From Thermoanaerobaculia bacterium (GTDB lineage Bacteria; Acidobacteriota; Thermoanaerobaculia; Multivoradales; UBA5704): a stretch of DNA of 64,000 nucleotides. Positions 19,017 to 27,943 of the stretch are shown here, in pieces (position 1 is the stretch's first letter; every line of letters begins with the position of its first letter). Location: positions 1 to 64,000 of the forward strand of contig JBGAGQ010000029.1 in the NCBI GenBank assembly GCA_044226625.1, given 5' to 3'. A model generated the notes under the pieces. The model did not search any database and was not told the DNA's origin. It saw only the letters and a list, made by a program, of their open reading frames with translations. Position numbers and translations under genes: made by a program.

Positions 19017-22000
19017 ATGCCCCACGCCTACTCCGAAGACCATCTCGTCGAGCAACCCGCTATCGGGCTGTTCGCCGTCCTCGGCTGGCAGACGGTGTCG
19101 GCGCGAGACGAAATCTTCGGCCCCGGCGGAACGCTCGGCCGCGAGACCCCGGGCGACGCGGTGCTGCTCGATCGGCTGCGGAGCGCTCTCACCCACCTCA
19201 ATCCCGATCTGCCGTCCGAGGCGATCCAGACCGCGATCGACGAGCTGACGCGCGACCGTTCCGCGATGAGCCTCGTGGCGGCCAATCGCGAGGTCTACCG
19301 GCTGCTCAAAGAGGGCGTCTCGATCTCGCTGCCCGACCTCGAACAGGGCGGCCAGAAAACCGAGCGCCTGCGCGTCATCGACTGGGAAGAGCCGGAGCGG
19401 AACGACTTCCTCCTCGCGAGCCAGATGAGCGTCGTCGGCAGCCTCTACACCTGCCGGCCCGATCTGATCGGCTTCGTCAACGGCCTGCCGTGGGTGATCG
19501 TCGAGCTGAAGAAACCCGGCGTGCCCGCGCGCGCCGCGTTCGATGAGAACCTGACCCACTACAAGCGGGAGGTCCCCCACCTCTTCGCCTACAACGCCCT
19601 GCTCATCGCGAGCAACGGAACCGACAGCCGCGTCGGCTCGATCACCGCCGAGTGGGACCGTTTCTTCGAGTGGAAGCGGATCGAGCGCGAAGACGAGCCG
19701 CGTCGCGTCTCGCTCGAAGTCATGCTGCGCGGCACCTGCGACCGAGGCCGACTGCTCGACCTCGCGGAAAACTTCACCCTGTTCTCCGAACATAGAGCCG
19801 GGCTGGTGAAGATCCTCGGCCAGAACCATCAGGTGCTCGGCGTCAACAACGCGATCGCCTCCATGCTCGCGGCCCGCCAAATGCGCCATGGGCGGGGCGG
19901 CGTCTTCTGGCAAACCCAAGGGAGCGGCAAGAGCTTCTCCATGGTCTTCTTCGCCCAGAAGGTGCAGCGCAAGGTCGTCGGCAACTGGACCTTCGTCGTG
20001 GTCACCGACCGCGTCGAGCTGGACGATCAGATCGCCAAGACCTTCAAGGCCGTCGAGGCCGTCTCCAAGACGGAGGGGGACGAGTGCCACGCAAGGAGCG
20101 GCGCGCACCTGCGCGAGCTGCTCGCCGGCAACCACCGCTACGTCTTCACCCTGATCCAGAAGTTCAAGGCGGCGGAGCCGCTGTCCGATCGGGCGGACGT
20201 CGTGGTGATCACCGACGAGGCCCATCGTAGCCAGTACGACACCCTGGCGATCAACATGCGGACCGCCCTGCCGAAGGCGACCTTCTTGGCGTTCACCGGG
20301 ACGCCGCTGATCGCGGGCGAAGAGCGCACCAAAGAGGTCTTCGGCGACTACGTGTCGATCTACGACTTCCGGCAGTCGGTCGAAGACGGCGCCACCGTGC
20401 CGCTCTTCTATGAGAACCGTACGCCGGAGCTGGAGCTCGTCAACCCCGACCTGAACGACGACATCTATCGCCTGATCGAAGACGCGGGCCTCGACGAAGA
20501 CCAGGAGGCGAAGCTCGAAAAGACGCTCGGGCGCCAGTACCACCTGATCACCCGCGACGACCGGCTCGAAACCGTGGCGCGGGACGTCGTGCGGCACTTC
20601 CTCGGCCGCGGATTCTTGGGGAAGGCGATGGTGGTCTCGATCGACAAGGCCACCGCGCTCAAGATGTACGACAAGGTGAAGGCCCACTGGGACGCCGAAA
20701 CCGAGCGGGTCCAGGAAGAGCGGCGCAACCTGGCCTACCTCCCCCGCCTCGGAACCCCGCAAGAGTTGGCGCGGCGCAACGCGCGGATGGCGGAGCTCAA
20801 AGACCGGCTCGAAGTGCTGCTCTCGACCGACATGGCGCTCGTCGTCTCGCCCGAACAGAACGAAATCGAGCGGATGAAAAAGCTCGGGCTCGACATCGAG
20901 CCCCACCGCCGCCGCATGAACGAGTCGCAACCCGGGCTCGACGAGAAGTTCAAGGACGTGGACGACCCGCTCCGCCTGGTCTTCGTCTGCGCCATGTGGC
21001 TCACCGGCTTCGACGCGCCGAGCTGCTCGACGATCTACCTCGACAAGCCGATGCGAAACCATACGTTGATGCAGACCATCGCCCGCGCGAACCGGGTCTT
21101 CCCCGACAAGCACAGCGGCGTGATCGTGGACTACGCCAACGTGTTCGCCTCGCTAGAGAAAGCCCTCGCCCTCTATGGCGCGGGCAAAGGCGGCACGCGT
21201 CCGGTCGAGGAGAAGAAGGTGCTGGCGGCGGCGTTGCGAGAGGCGGTCCTTGCCGCCACGGCGTTCTGCGCCGGCCATGGGGTAGACCTCCCCGCGATCG
21301 AATCCCTACCGATCGGCGACCTCAAACGGCTGAAGGCGCTCGAAGACGCGGTCGACGCGCTGATCGCGCCGGATGCCGTGCGCCGCGATTTCTTCGGCCA
21401 TGAGCAATGGGTGGCGACCCTTTATCGCGCGGTCAAACCCGATCCGGCGGTGCTGGAATTCACCGAGAGGGTGGCGGGCTTCGCGGCGCTGGCCGCCGCC
21501 ATCCGAGCCAAGTTGAACCCGAACCCGCCGGACATCTCGACCATCCTCTCGCAGATCGCCGGACTGCTCGACGAGTCGATCGCCGGACTCACGATCCGCG
21601 AAGAGGGCCCGCCCGCGCTCGACCTTTCCAAGATCAACTTCGAGGCCCTCGCGAAACGGTTCAAGGAATCGAGCCACAAGAACACCGACCTCGAAGCGCT
21701 CAAGTCCGCCGTCCGGGGGAAGGTCGAGACGCTGATTCGCCTGAACCCGACGCGCACCGATTTCGCGGAAAAGTTCGAGGCGCTGATCGAGAGCTACAAC
21801 TCCGGCAGCCGCAACATCCAACAGCTCTACGAAGAGCTGCTCAAGCTGTCCAACAGCCTCGACGAAGAAGAGGTTCGCCACGTCCGCGAAGGGCTCACCG
21901 CGGAAGAGCTGGTCCTCTTCGACATCCTCACCCGCCCCGCCCCCGAACTGTCCGCCGACGAGCGCGCCGAGGTGAAGAAAGTGGCGCGCGATCTGCTCTC

Positions 22001-22202
22001 GCGGATCAAAGCGCTCTTGGTGATCAACTGGCGAAAAAAGGCCGCGGCGCGCTCCGCGCTACGCATGGCGATCGAAGACACCCTCGATGCCGGCCTGCCC
22101 CGAGCGTACGTGCCCGAGGTCTACCGCAAGAAATGCGACGCCCTGTTCCTGCATGTCTATGAGAAATACCCGGAGCGGGATGTCGGGGTGTACGCCCACT
22201 AG
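19017..22202 (+). CDS. hsdR: Type I restriction endonuclease subunit
   Basis: PD...ELK nuclease motif, QTQGSGKS Walker A, DEAHRSQ, FTGTP, LTGFDAP, QTIARANR. Confidence 0.95.
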   Translation: MPHAYSEDHLVEQPAIGLFAVLGWQTVSARDEIFGPGGTLGRETPGDAVLLDRLRSALTHLNPDLPSEAIQTAIDELTRDRSAMSLVAANREVYRLLKEGVSISLPDLEQGGQKTERLRVIDWEEPERNDFLLASQMSVVGSLYTCRPDLIGFVNGLPWVIVELKKPGVPARAAFDENLTHYKREVPHLFAYNALLIASNGTDSRVGSITAEWDRFFEWKRIEREDEPRRVSLEVMLRGTCDRGRLLDLAENFTLFSEHRAGLVKILGQNHQVLGVNNAIASMLAARQMRHGRGGVFWQTQGSGKSFSMVFFAQKVQRKVVGNWTFVVVTDRVELDDQIAKTFKAVEAVSKTEGDECHARSGAHLRELLAGNHRYVFTLIQKFKAAEPLSDRADVVVITDEAHRSQYDTLAINMRTALPKATFLAFTGTPLIAGEERTKEVFGDYVSIYDFRQSVEDGATVPLFYENRTPELELVNPDLNDDIYRLIEDAGLDEDQEAKLEKTLGRQYHLITRDDRLETVARDVVRHFLGRGFLGKAMVVSIDKATALKMYDKVKAHWDAETERVQEERRNLAYLPRLGTPQELARRNARMAELKDRLEVLLSTDMALVVSPEQNEIERMKKLGLDIEPHRRRMNESQPGLDEKFKDVDDPLRLVFVCAMWLTGFDAPSCSTIYLDKPMRNHTLMQTIARANRVFPDKHSGVIVDYANVFASLEKALALYGAGKGGTRPVEEKKVLAAALREAVLAATAFCAGHGVDLPAIESLPIGDLKRLKALEDAVDALIAPDAVRRDFFGHEQWVATLYRAVKPDPAVLEFTERVAGFAALAAAIRAKLNPNPPDISTILSQIAGLLDESIAGLTIREEGPPALDLSKINFEALAKRFKESSHKNTDLEALKSAVRGKVETLIRLNPTRTDFAEKFEALIESYNSGSRNIQQLYEELLKLSNSLDEEEVRHVREGLTAEELVLFDILTRPAPELSADERAEVKKVARDLLSRIKALLVINWRKKAAARSALRMAIEDTLDAGLPRAYVPEVYRKKCDALFLHVYEKYPERDVGVYAH

Positions 22203-22284
22203 GCCGTCTTCGCCCCCTCGTTCTCCCGGGATGACGAACGCCCAGCGTCCCACTTGTTGGGGCCGTTCGAATAGGCCAAGGGGC

Positions 22285-22818
22285 CTACCCCTCTCGCGCG
22301 AAAGCCTGGCGGATCGTGCGGCTGCGGAGAATCCAGGTGAAGGCGATCGGGAACACCATGTAATAAGCGGCCGTGAGCAGGCCCGTGAACAGGCGAAACG
22401 CGAAACGCCCGTTCGTGCTGTAGGAATCGCCCCCTTCGAGAGGGGCCGAGGTCCAGAATTGGCTGAGCCAAAGGCCCATGGCGAGGCCGAGCACGATCCC
22501 TAGCCATCCCCCCACTTCGAGCGCGGTTCGCGCCCAGGGCTTCAAGCGGAGGAAGTGAATGCCGCAGTAGACGCCGGCGAAGCCGAGAGCGCTCACCAGG
22601 CCGCCGCCGATCCAATAGTGCATGAACGTCCAGTAGAGCGGCACAGCCTCCGGCGGAGGGAGCGGAAAGCCGTCGAGTCCGCCCGGCGTGAAGTTGTCGA
22701 CCACGCCGAACAGGAGCAGGAGCGCGAGCCCCCAGGCGAGCAGCGTCCCGGAGACCATGAGCCAGAGCGTACCGATCGTGACGACCGCGCCCGAAGGCTT
22801 CTTCGTTGAGGGATTCAT
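22285..22818 (-). CDS. Hypothetical membrane protein (about 4 TM)
   Basis: Four hydrophobic segments; LRLKPWAR loop. Confidence 0.7.
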   Translation of the reverse strand: MNPSTKKPSGAVVTIGTLWLMVSGTLLAWGLALLLLFGVVDNFTPGGLDGFPLPPPEAVPLYWTFMHYWIGGGLVSALGFAGVYCGIHFLRLKPWARTALEVGGWLGIVLGLAMGLWLSQFWTSAPLEGGDSYSTNGRFAFRLFTGLLTAAYYMVFPIAFTWILRSRTIRQAFAREG

Positions 22819-22926
22819 GACGTCCTCTACGCCGCCTCGATCTTTAATGTTACCGCTTCATGCCAAATCGGCAACTGACTCGATCGGCTGTCACGCAGGC
22901 ACTCTAATAACAAAGGAGATCCTGCC

Positions 22927-23235
22927 ATGAACCGCTACGTCGCTGCCGTTTTGCTCGCCCTCGCCGCCCTGACGCCGCTCGCACTCGCCGCGAACTCGCC
23001 TGCCGAGGAGCTCTTCTGCTCCCCGTCGGCCGTTTCGGAAGCGGCTTTCCCGAGTCTCGAAGCTCCGGCTCCTCTCGCCCTTGCCGGCATGTGCGGCACG
23101 TGCGGACGTATCCTGAGCTGCCGCGGAGTCCAGATCGGAGCCTCCTGCACGGGGATCACCGGTACGCCCGGGTTCTGCGAGCCGACGGGGAAGATCTGCC
23201 CCGCCACCCTGAAGCCGGAGTGCGCTTGCTTCTAG
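22927..23235 (+). CDS. Secreted small Cys-rich protein
   Basis: AAGGAG RBS; Sec signal; Ala/Pro/Glu-rich spacer; C-terminal domain with 8 Cys ending ECACF. Confidence 0.75.
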   Translation: MNRYVAAVLLALAALTPLALAANSPAEELFCSPSAVSEAAFPSLEAPAPLALAGMCGTCGRILSCRGVQIGASCTGITGTPGFCEPTGKICPATLKPECACF

Positions 23236-23415
23236 CCCGAATTTCTCACCGGGTTTCGTCGCGAGGCGGAGGAGATGTCGGTGCCTGCAAGGCGCGCGAA
23301 GCGAGGACGACGCAAGACGTAGTCGACACTCCGTCGAGGAGGCCGAACGAGCGCAACGCAGCAGGCGCCGACAGATGCTCCGCCGCAGCAGAAACTTGGT
23401 GAGAAATCCGGGCTA
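23233..23415. mobile_element. MITE-like non-autonomous element (183 bp, TA termini)
   Basis: Terminal inverted repeats TAGCCCGAATTTCTCACCGGGTTTC and GAAACTTGGTGAGAAATCCGGGCTA (22/25 match); no ORF. Confidence 0.7.
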
Positions 23416-23467
23416 ATTCCCCACCGTCGTTCCGCCGGGTCCGTAGGAGGAAACAGGGCAGGACCGA

Positions 23468-23528
23468 CGTAGGGGCGGAGCTTGTCTCCGCCCGCGATCC
23501 TCGCCTCCTTCGGGCGGAGGCAAGCTCC
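23468..23528. repeat. GTAG-type REP-like palindrome, right arm truncated
   Basis: CGTAGGGGCGGAGCTTGTCTCCGCCCG...CGGGCGGAGGCAAGCTCC, same family as 3650-3719. Confidence 0.75.
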
Positions 23529-23554
23529 AGCCGATCCGTACCCTGGGCGGTCGC

Positions 23555-23677
23555 GCGCCCCTCGAACGAGACTTCGGTCCGAGCGAGCTGGACCAAGCCG
23601 GCGGGATTGGCAAACGCGGCGGTCGCGTCGTCGGCGAGCGCCGCGAAGGCACCGCCGAAGCCCAAACTTCGCGCGCC
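23555..23677 (-). pseudogene. Remnant of OMPP1/FadL/TodX-like outer-membrane protein N-terminus
   Basis: GARSLGFGGAFAALADDATAAFANPAGLVQL motif with no signal peptide and no barrel following. Confidence 0.6.
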
Positions 23678-23720
23678 GCGGGCCGGAGCCCTCGGCGCGT
23701 GACGAGCTCAAGGCAGAAGA

Positions 23721-23888
23721 CTACGGACCGATCGGTTCGTCGAGGCAGTAGACCCGGCAGGAGTTGTCGTAGGTGCAGACGTTGCAGTTGGACATCGTGC
23801 CCCAGTCGCCGCCCGCGACCGGGTTCAGATCCCCCAGCCGCTTGACCGTCTCCTTCGCCAACAGCAGCTTCTTCGACTTCTTCTTCAT
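23721..23888 (-). CDS. RiPP-like precursor P3, 55 aa (not in ORF track)
   Basis: AGGAGG RBS; MKKKSKKLLLAKETVKRLGDLNPVAGG then DWGTMSNCNVCTYDNSCRVYCLDEPIGP. Confidence 0.78.
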   Translation of the reverse strand: MKKKSKKLLLAKETVKRLGDLNPVAGGDWGTMSNCNVCTYDNSCRVYCLDEPIGP

Positions 23889-23938
23889 GGAGTACCTCCT
23901 TGGAAGGCGGGAAGTCTACCGCGGGCGAGGCACCGCTC

Positions 23939-24061
23939 CTCTGGACCCGCCTGCGGCTCGTCAGCAACCCCGTGGTCGCGGTCGATCCCTTCCGTTCGGG
24001 CATCGTCTATTCGGCGGTCGACACCCGGCTGTTGCGGAGCACCGACGGCGGCGTCACCTCG
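23939..24061 (+). pseudogene. Remnant of BNR/Asp-box beta-propeller protein
   Basis: VVAVDPFRSGIVYSAVDTRLLRSTDGGVT (SxDxGxT Asp-box) between the divergent precursors. Confidence 0.45.
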
Positions 24062-24146
24062 CGCCGCCGACTCGCCGGACCTTCGAAAACGCACCACCTC
24101 TTAGTAGGGCGACATTCCGTCGTCAACTCCGAGAGAAGGAGCAGCG

Positions 24147-24317
24147 ATGAACGCGAAGAACAAGAAGAAGCTCAGCCTCAACCACGAGACCGTGCGCCTC
24201 CTCACCGATCGCGAGGTCGTCGCCGCCGTGGGCGGTGCCACCCGGCGGTGTACGAACACCGACGCTTGCACGGACACCTGCCTCGGGGAGTGCACCGGCG
24301 CGACCTGCCTCTGCTGA
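24147..24317 (+). CDS. RiPP-like precursor P4, 56 aa (not in ORF track)
   Basis: AAGGAG RBS; MNAKNKKKLSLNHETVRLLTDREVVAAVGG then ATRRCTNTDACTDTCLGECTGATCLC (6 Cys, 7 Thr). Confidence 0.8.
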   Translation: MNAKNKKKLSLNHETVRLLTDREVVAAVGGATRRCTNTDACTDTCLGECTGATCLC

Positions 24318-24325
24318 GCTCATGG

Positions 24326-24354
24326 CGGGAGGGCACCGTCACGGTGCCCTCCCG
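24326..24354. terminator. Hairpin between convergent P4 and tricorn genes
   Basis: CGGGAGGGCACCGT-C-ACGGTGCCCTCCCG perfect inverted repeat. Confidence 0.55.
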
Positions 24355-24405
24355 ATGCGGCGATCGGACGGTCTCGTTTCCCCCGGAGGGAGGGAAACGC
24401 CGTCC

Positions 24406-27400
24406 CTACTCCTTGTGGTAGTTCGGGTACGCCGGGTGCTCCGGGATCGTCACCGTGCCCTTCTTGAGCGCCTCCATCGTCACCTCGATCGCCTTTTCGA
24501 GCTGGGGATCGTGCCCGGCGGCGACGGAGGCGGGATCGTTTTCGACTTCGATGTCGGGCGGAATGCCGCGGTTCTCGACTTCCCAATCGCCTTTCAGACC
24601 GTAGAGGGCGACGCGTGGCGCGGTGACGCTTCCGCCGTCGATCAGCGTGGGATAGCCGTAGATGCCGACCAGACCGCCCCAGGTGCGGGTGCCGACCAGG
24701 GGACCGATGGCATCCTGGCGGAACATCCAGGGGAGCGCGTCGCCGCCGGAGCCGGCCATCTCGTTGATGATCAACGTTTTCGGACCGTAGATCTGGGCGA
24801 GCGGTGAGCAGAACGGCTCCCCCTCGCGGGAGACCACGCAGTTGCGCAGCGGCCGCTTCAGTTGGTCGACGATGTAATCGGCTACCTGACCGCCGTGGTT
24901 GTACCGTTCGTCGATGATCGCTCCCAGCTTGCCCACCTGGGCGTAATAGAAGCGGTTGAAGTTGACGTAGCCGCCCACGTTCGTGTCGGGCACGTGGACG
25001 TAGGCGAGCTTGCCGCCGCTCAGACGGTCGACGGTGCGGCGGTTGTCCTCTTCCCAGGCGCGGTTGCGGAGCTTGAGGTCGCTCGGCAGCGGCACGACCG
25101 TCACCTCGCGGGCGCCCTTGCCGTCCGGCGTCGGCCCCACTTTGATCTTGATCTGGCGGCCGGCGGTGTTCTCGAAGTAGCTATAGACCTCGGCCGGCGG
25201 CCGGACCTCGCGCCCTTCGACTTCGAGGAGATATTCCCCGCGCTTGACGTTCACGCCGGGTTGGGTGAGCGGCGCGGTGAGGTCAGGATTCCAGTTCTCT
25301 CCGCTGTAGATGCGCGCGAAGCGGTAGCGCCCGTTCGCGATCTCGTAGTCGGCGCCGAGGAGGCCTCCCTTGACCTCGGTGGCTTCCGGCACGTCTCCCC
25401 CGTTGACGAACAGGTGGCCGACGGTGAGCTCGCCGAGCATCTCGTCGAAGAGGTAATTGAGGTCCCCGCGCCCTCCCAGGCCGGCGAGATAGGGGGCGTA
25501 TTTCTTTTCCGCCGCGGCGAGGTCGAGCCCGTGATGGTTCGGGTCGTAGAAGAAGTCGCGCTCGATGCGCCAGACCTCCTGGTACATCTGCTTCCACTCG
25601 GCGCGCGGATCGACCCGAACCTCCATCGCCGACAGGTTCAAGGCGCCGTCGCCGGGCTTGACCTCGGCGTCGGTCGCCACGATGAACCACCCATCCCCTT
25701 GCCGGTAGAGGGCTTTGTCTCCCCGCGCGGACAGCGCGAAGCCGCTCACGTCGGAGAGGTAAGGCTCGGTCTTTCGGGTCGTCAAGTCGAATTTCGAAAC
25801 CGTGATCTCCGGCGAATCCTGGAAGCGCGGCACGTCGACCACTTCGGAGAGGAAGAGCGTCCCGCCGGTCCCCGCGTCGAGACCGACGTAGTTCGCGGCG
25901 TCGATCGGCAGCGCCACGATGCGCTGGCCGAGCCCTTCGAGGTCGATCGTGACCTCGACCGGATGGTCGCCGCCCTCCTTCTCGTTCTTGTCTCCCTTTT
26001 CGCTCTTCTCGGCGCCCTTTCCGGATTTCTTCTCGCTCTTGTCGTCGTCCTTCTTCGACTTGTCGATCGGCCCCTTCTTGTCGTCGTCCGCTTTCGGTCC
26101 GTCTCCCTCGTCGTCCCCTTTCGCGTCCTCCGCCTTCTCTTCGTCGCTCTGCGGCTCGACCGGCGAGGGGTCGGTGGCCTTGAGCACCGCGGCGTAGACG
26201 TTGCGCAGGACGGGGTGCTGGTAGCTCGACAGGTCGAGCCAGCCGGAGGAGAGCCCGAGGTCGGTGCTGACGGTGAAGTAGAGCAGCTTGCCGTCGCGGT
26301 CGAACGCGGGGTAGCGGGCGTCCCCGAGGCTCTCGGTGACCTGGGTCTCCTTCTTCGTCTCGAGCGAGTAGAGGAAGACCGCGCGTAGATGGCTCGGGAG
26401 GAGCTTCGTGTAGGCGAGCCACTTGCCGTCCGGCGACCATTGCGGCGAAAAACCGCCGGTCGGATCCTCGTACCGGTCGGTCGCCACCTTGACCGGCTTT
26501 CCCCCCTTGGCGACGTCGACGTACCAAAGGTTCAGCCGCTTGTCGGTGTAGGCGATGCGCCGACTGTCGGGCGACCAGGTCGGCTCGTAGAAAAAGGAGG
26601 GCGGCGTGCCGAGGTCGATCGATTTCGCCGCCCCGGCACCGGACGGATCGACGACGTGGAGAGCGTACTCCCCGGAAGCGTCGGAGAAGAAGGCGATCGA
26701 CTTGCCGTCCGGCGACCAAGCCGGATCGCGCTCGGCGACGGACGTGCTGCGCGTCAGATTTCGGACGTCCCCCTTCTCGGCCGGCACCGTGAGGATCTCG
26801 CCGCGCGCCTCGAAGACCGCGCGAGCGCCGCTCGGCGAGATCGCCGCCCCCTGGACCTCGTCGGCCACCTTCTCGAAGTGAGGGCGGACCGCCGGCAGGT
26901 CCCCCGCGATCGAGATCTCGAGGCGGCGGTCGGCGCCGCTCTTCGGATCGAACAGGTGGATCTCGCCGAACTGCTCGTACACCAGCGCGTCCGGGCCAGC
27001 CGAAAGCGTTTTGAGATCGAGACCCTTGTTCTCGATCACCTGCCGCACGGCCTTGCTCGCCGTGTCGTAGGCGAACAGGCTGACCGGGCCGTTGCGGTCG
27101 GAGAGGAAGTACACCGCGTCGCCGAACCAGACGGGGCTCCGGTCGTTCGAGTTGTTCCGAGGAATCCGCTCGCGCGAGAGGTCGGCGAGGCGGATCACGT
27201 CGACCGGCGTCGTCTGGCCCCCGCGATAGCGCTTCCACGAGGTTTGCCAGATCTCGTTCGGGACGTAGGCGACGCGGGTGCCGTCGGGAGAGTAGGAGGC
27301 GGTCTCGCCGCGCCACATCGGCAGCACGACGGCCGGCCCGCCGTCGAGCGGCACCGTATAGAGCCGATGGAAGTCGGCATAGGCGTCGCGATCCGAAGAG

Positions 27401-27768
27401 AAGAGGACACTCTTGCCGTCGGGAGTCCAACCGACCACCCGATCGTCGCCCGGATACCAGGTGAGGCGCCGCGGCTCGCCCCCTTCGGCCGGCATTACGT
27501 AGGCGTCGAGGTTGCCGTCGTAGCGCGCCGAGAAGGCGATCCGCCGTCCGTCGGGCGAGAAAGCGGGCGCCTCTTCGTGTCCGCCCGTGGTCAACTGGCG
27601 GGCGCGGCCCCCGGCGCGCGGCACGGTCCACAGGACGCCGCCGTAGACGAAAACGACGTCCGTCGAGGAGAGCGTCGGCGCTTGGGTGAGAAGGGGAACC
27701 CGTTCGTCCGCTCGAAGCGCCGAGCCGACGAGCAGCAGTCCGATCCAGATCGCGATTCTTTGGCGCAT
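24406..27768 (-). CDS. Tricorn protease-like S41 peptidase
   Basis: ATG 27768 after GGAGG; signal peptide, PD40 propeller repeats, WKRYRGG, ELTVGH, PDZ, AGSGGD, GTRTWGG. Confidence 0.93.
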   Translation of the reverse strand: MRQRIAIWIGLLLVGSALRADERVPLLTQAPTLSSTDVVFVYGGVLWTVPRAGGRARQLTTGGHEEAPAFSPDGRRIAFSARYDGNLDAYVMPAEGGEPRRLTWYPGDDRVVGWTPDGKSVLFSSDRDAYADFHRLYTVPLDGGPAVVLPMWRGETASYSPDGTRVAYVPNEIWQTSWKRYRGGQTTPVDVIRLADLSRERIPRNNSNDRSPVWFGDAVYFLSDRNGPVSLFAYDTASKAVRQVIENKGLDLKTLSAGPDALVYEQFGEIHLFDPKSGADRRLEISIAGDLPAVRPHFEKVADEVQGAAISPSGARAVFEARGEILTVPAEKGDVRNLTRSTSVAERDPAWSPDGKSIAFFSDASGEYALHVVDPSGAGAAKSIDLGTPPSFFYEPTWSPDSRRIAYTDKRLNLWYVDVAKGGKPVKVATDRYEDPTGGFSPQWSPDGKWLAYTKLLPSHLRAVFLYSLETKKETQVTESLGDARYPAFDRDGKLLYFTVSTDLGLSSGWLDLSSYQHPVLRNVYAAVLKATDPSPVEPQSDEEKAEDAKGDDEGDGPKADDDKKGPIDKSKKDDDKSEKKSGKGAEKSEKGDKNEKEGGDHPVEVTIDLEGLGQRIVALPIDAANYVGLDAGTGGTLFLSEVVDVPRFQDSPEITVSKFDLTTRKTEPYLSDVSGFALSARGDKALYRQGDGWFIVATDAEVKPGDGALNLSAMEVRVDPRAEWKQMYQEVWRIERDFFYDPNHHGLDLAAAEKKYAPYLAGLGGRGDLNYLFDEMLGELTVGHLFVNGGDVPEATEVKGGLLGADYEIANGRYRFARIYSGENWNPDLTAPLTQPGVNVKRGEYLLEVEGREVRPPAEVYSYFENTAGRQIKIKVGPTPDGKGAREVTVVPLPSDLKLRNRAWEEDNRRTVDRLSGGKLAYVHVPDTNVGGYVNFNRFYYAQVGKLGAIIDERYNHGGQVADYIVDQLKRPLRNCVVSREGEPFCSPLAQIYGPKTLIINEMAGSGGDALPWMFRQDAIGPLVGTRTWGGLVGIYGYPTLIDGGSVTAPRVALYGLKGDWEVENRGIPPDIEVENDPASVAAGHDPQLEKAIEVTMEALKKGTVTIPEHPAYPNYHKE

Positions 27769-27943
27769 GATCCTGCCTCCCGATTCGTTCCTTCCCGGAT
27801 ACGTTCGCTCCGGCCGTGAGTTTTCACGTTCCACGAGCGAACCGCTCTTCGATCCGCTCGCAGTCCGCGCGCAAGACCGGTCGAACAGTACAACGCCCGA
27901 CCGGGCGCGGTAGAGTGCGCCGACGAACCTGGAGGAAAGAGCC

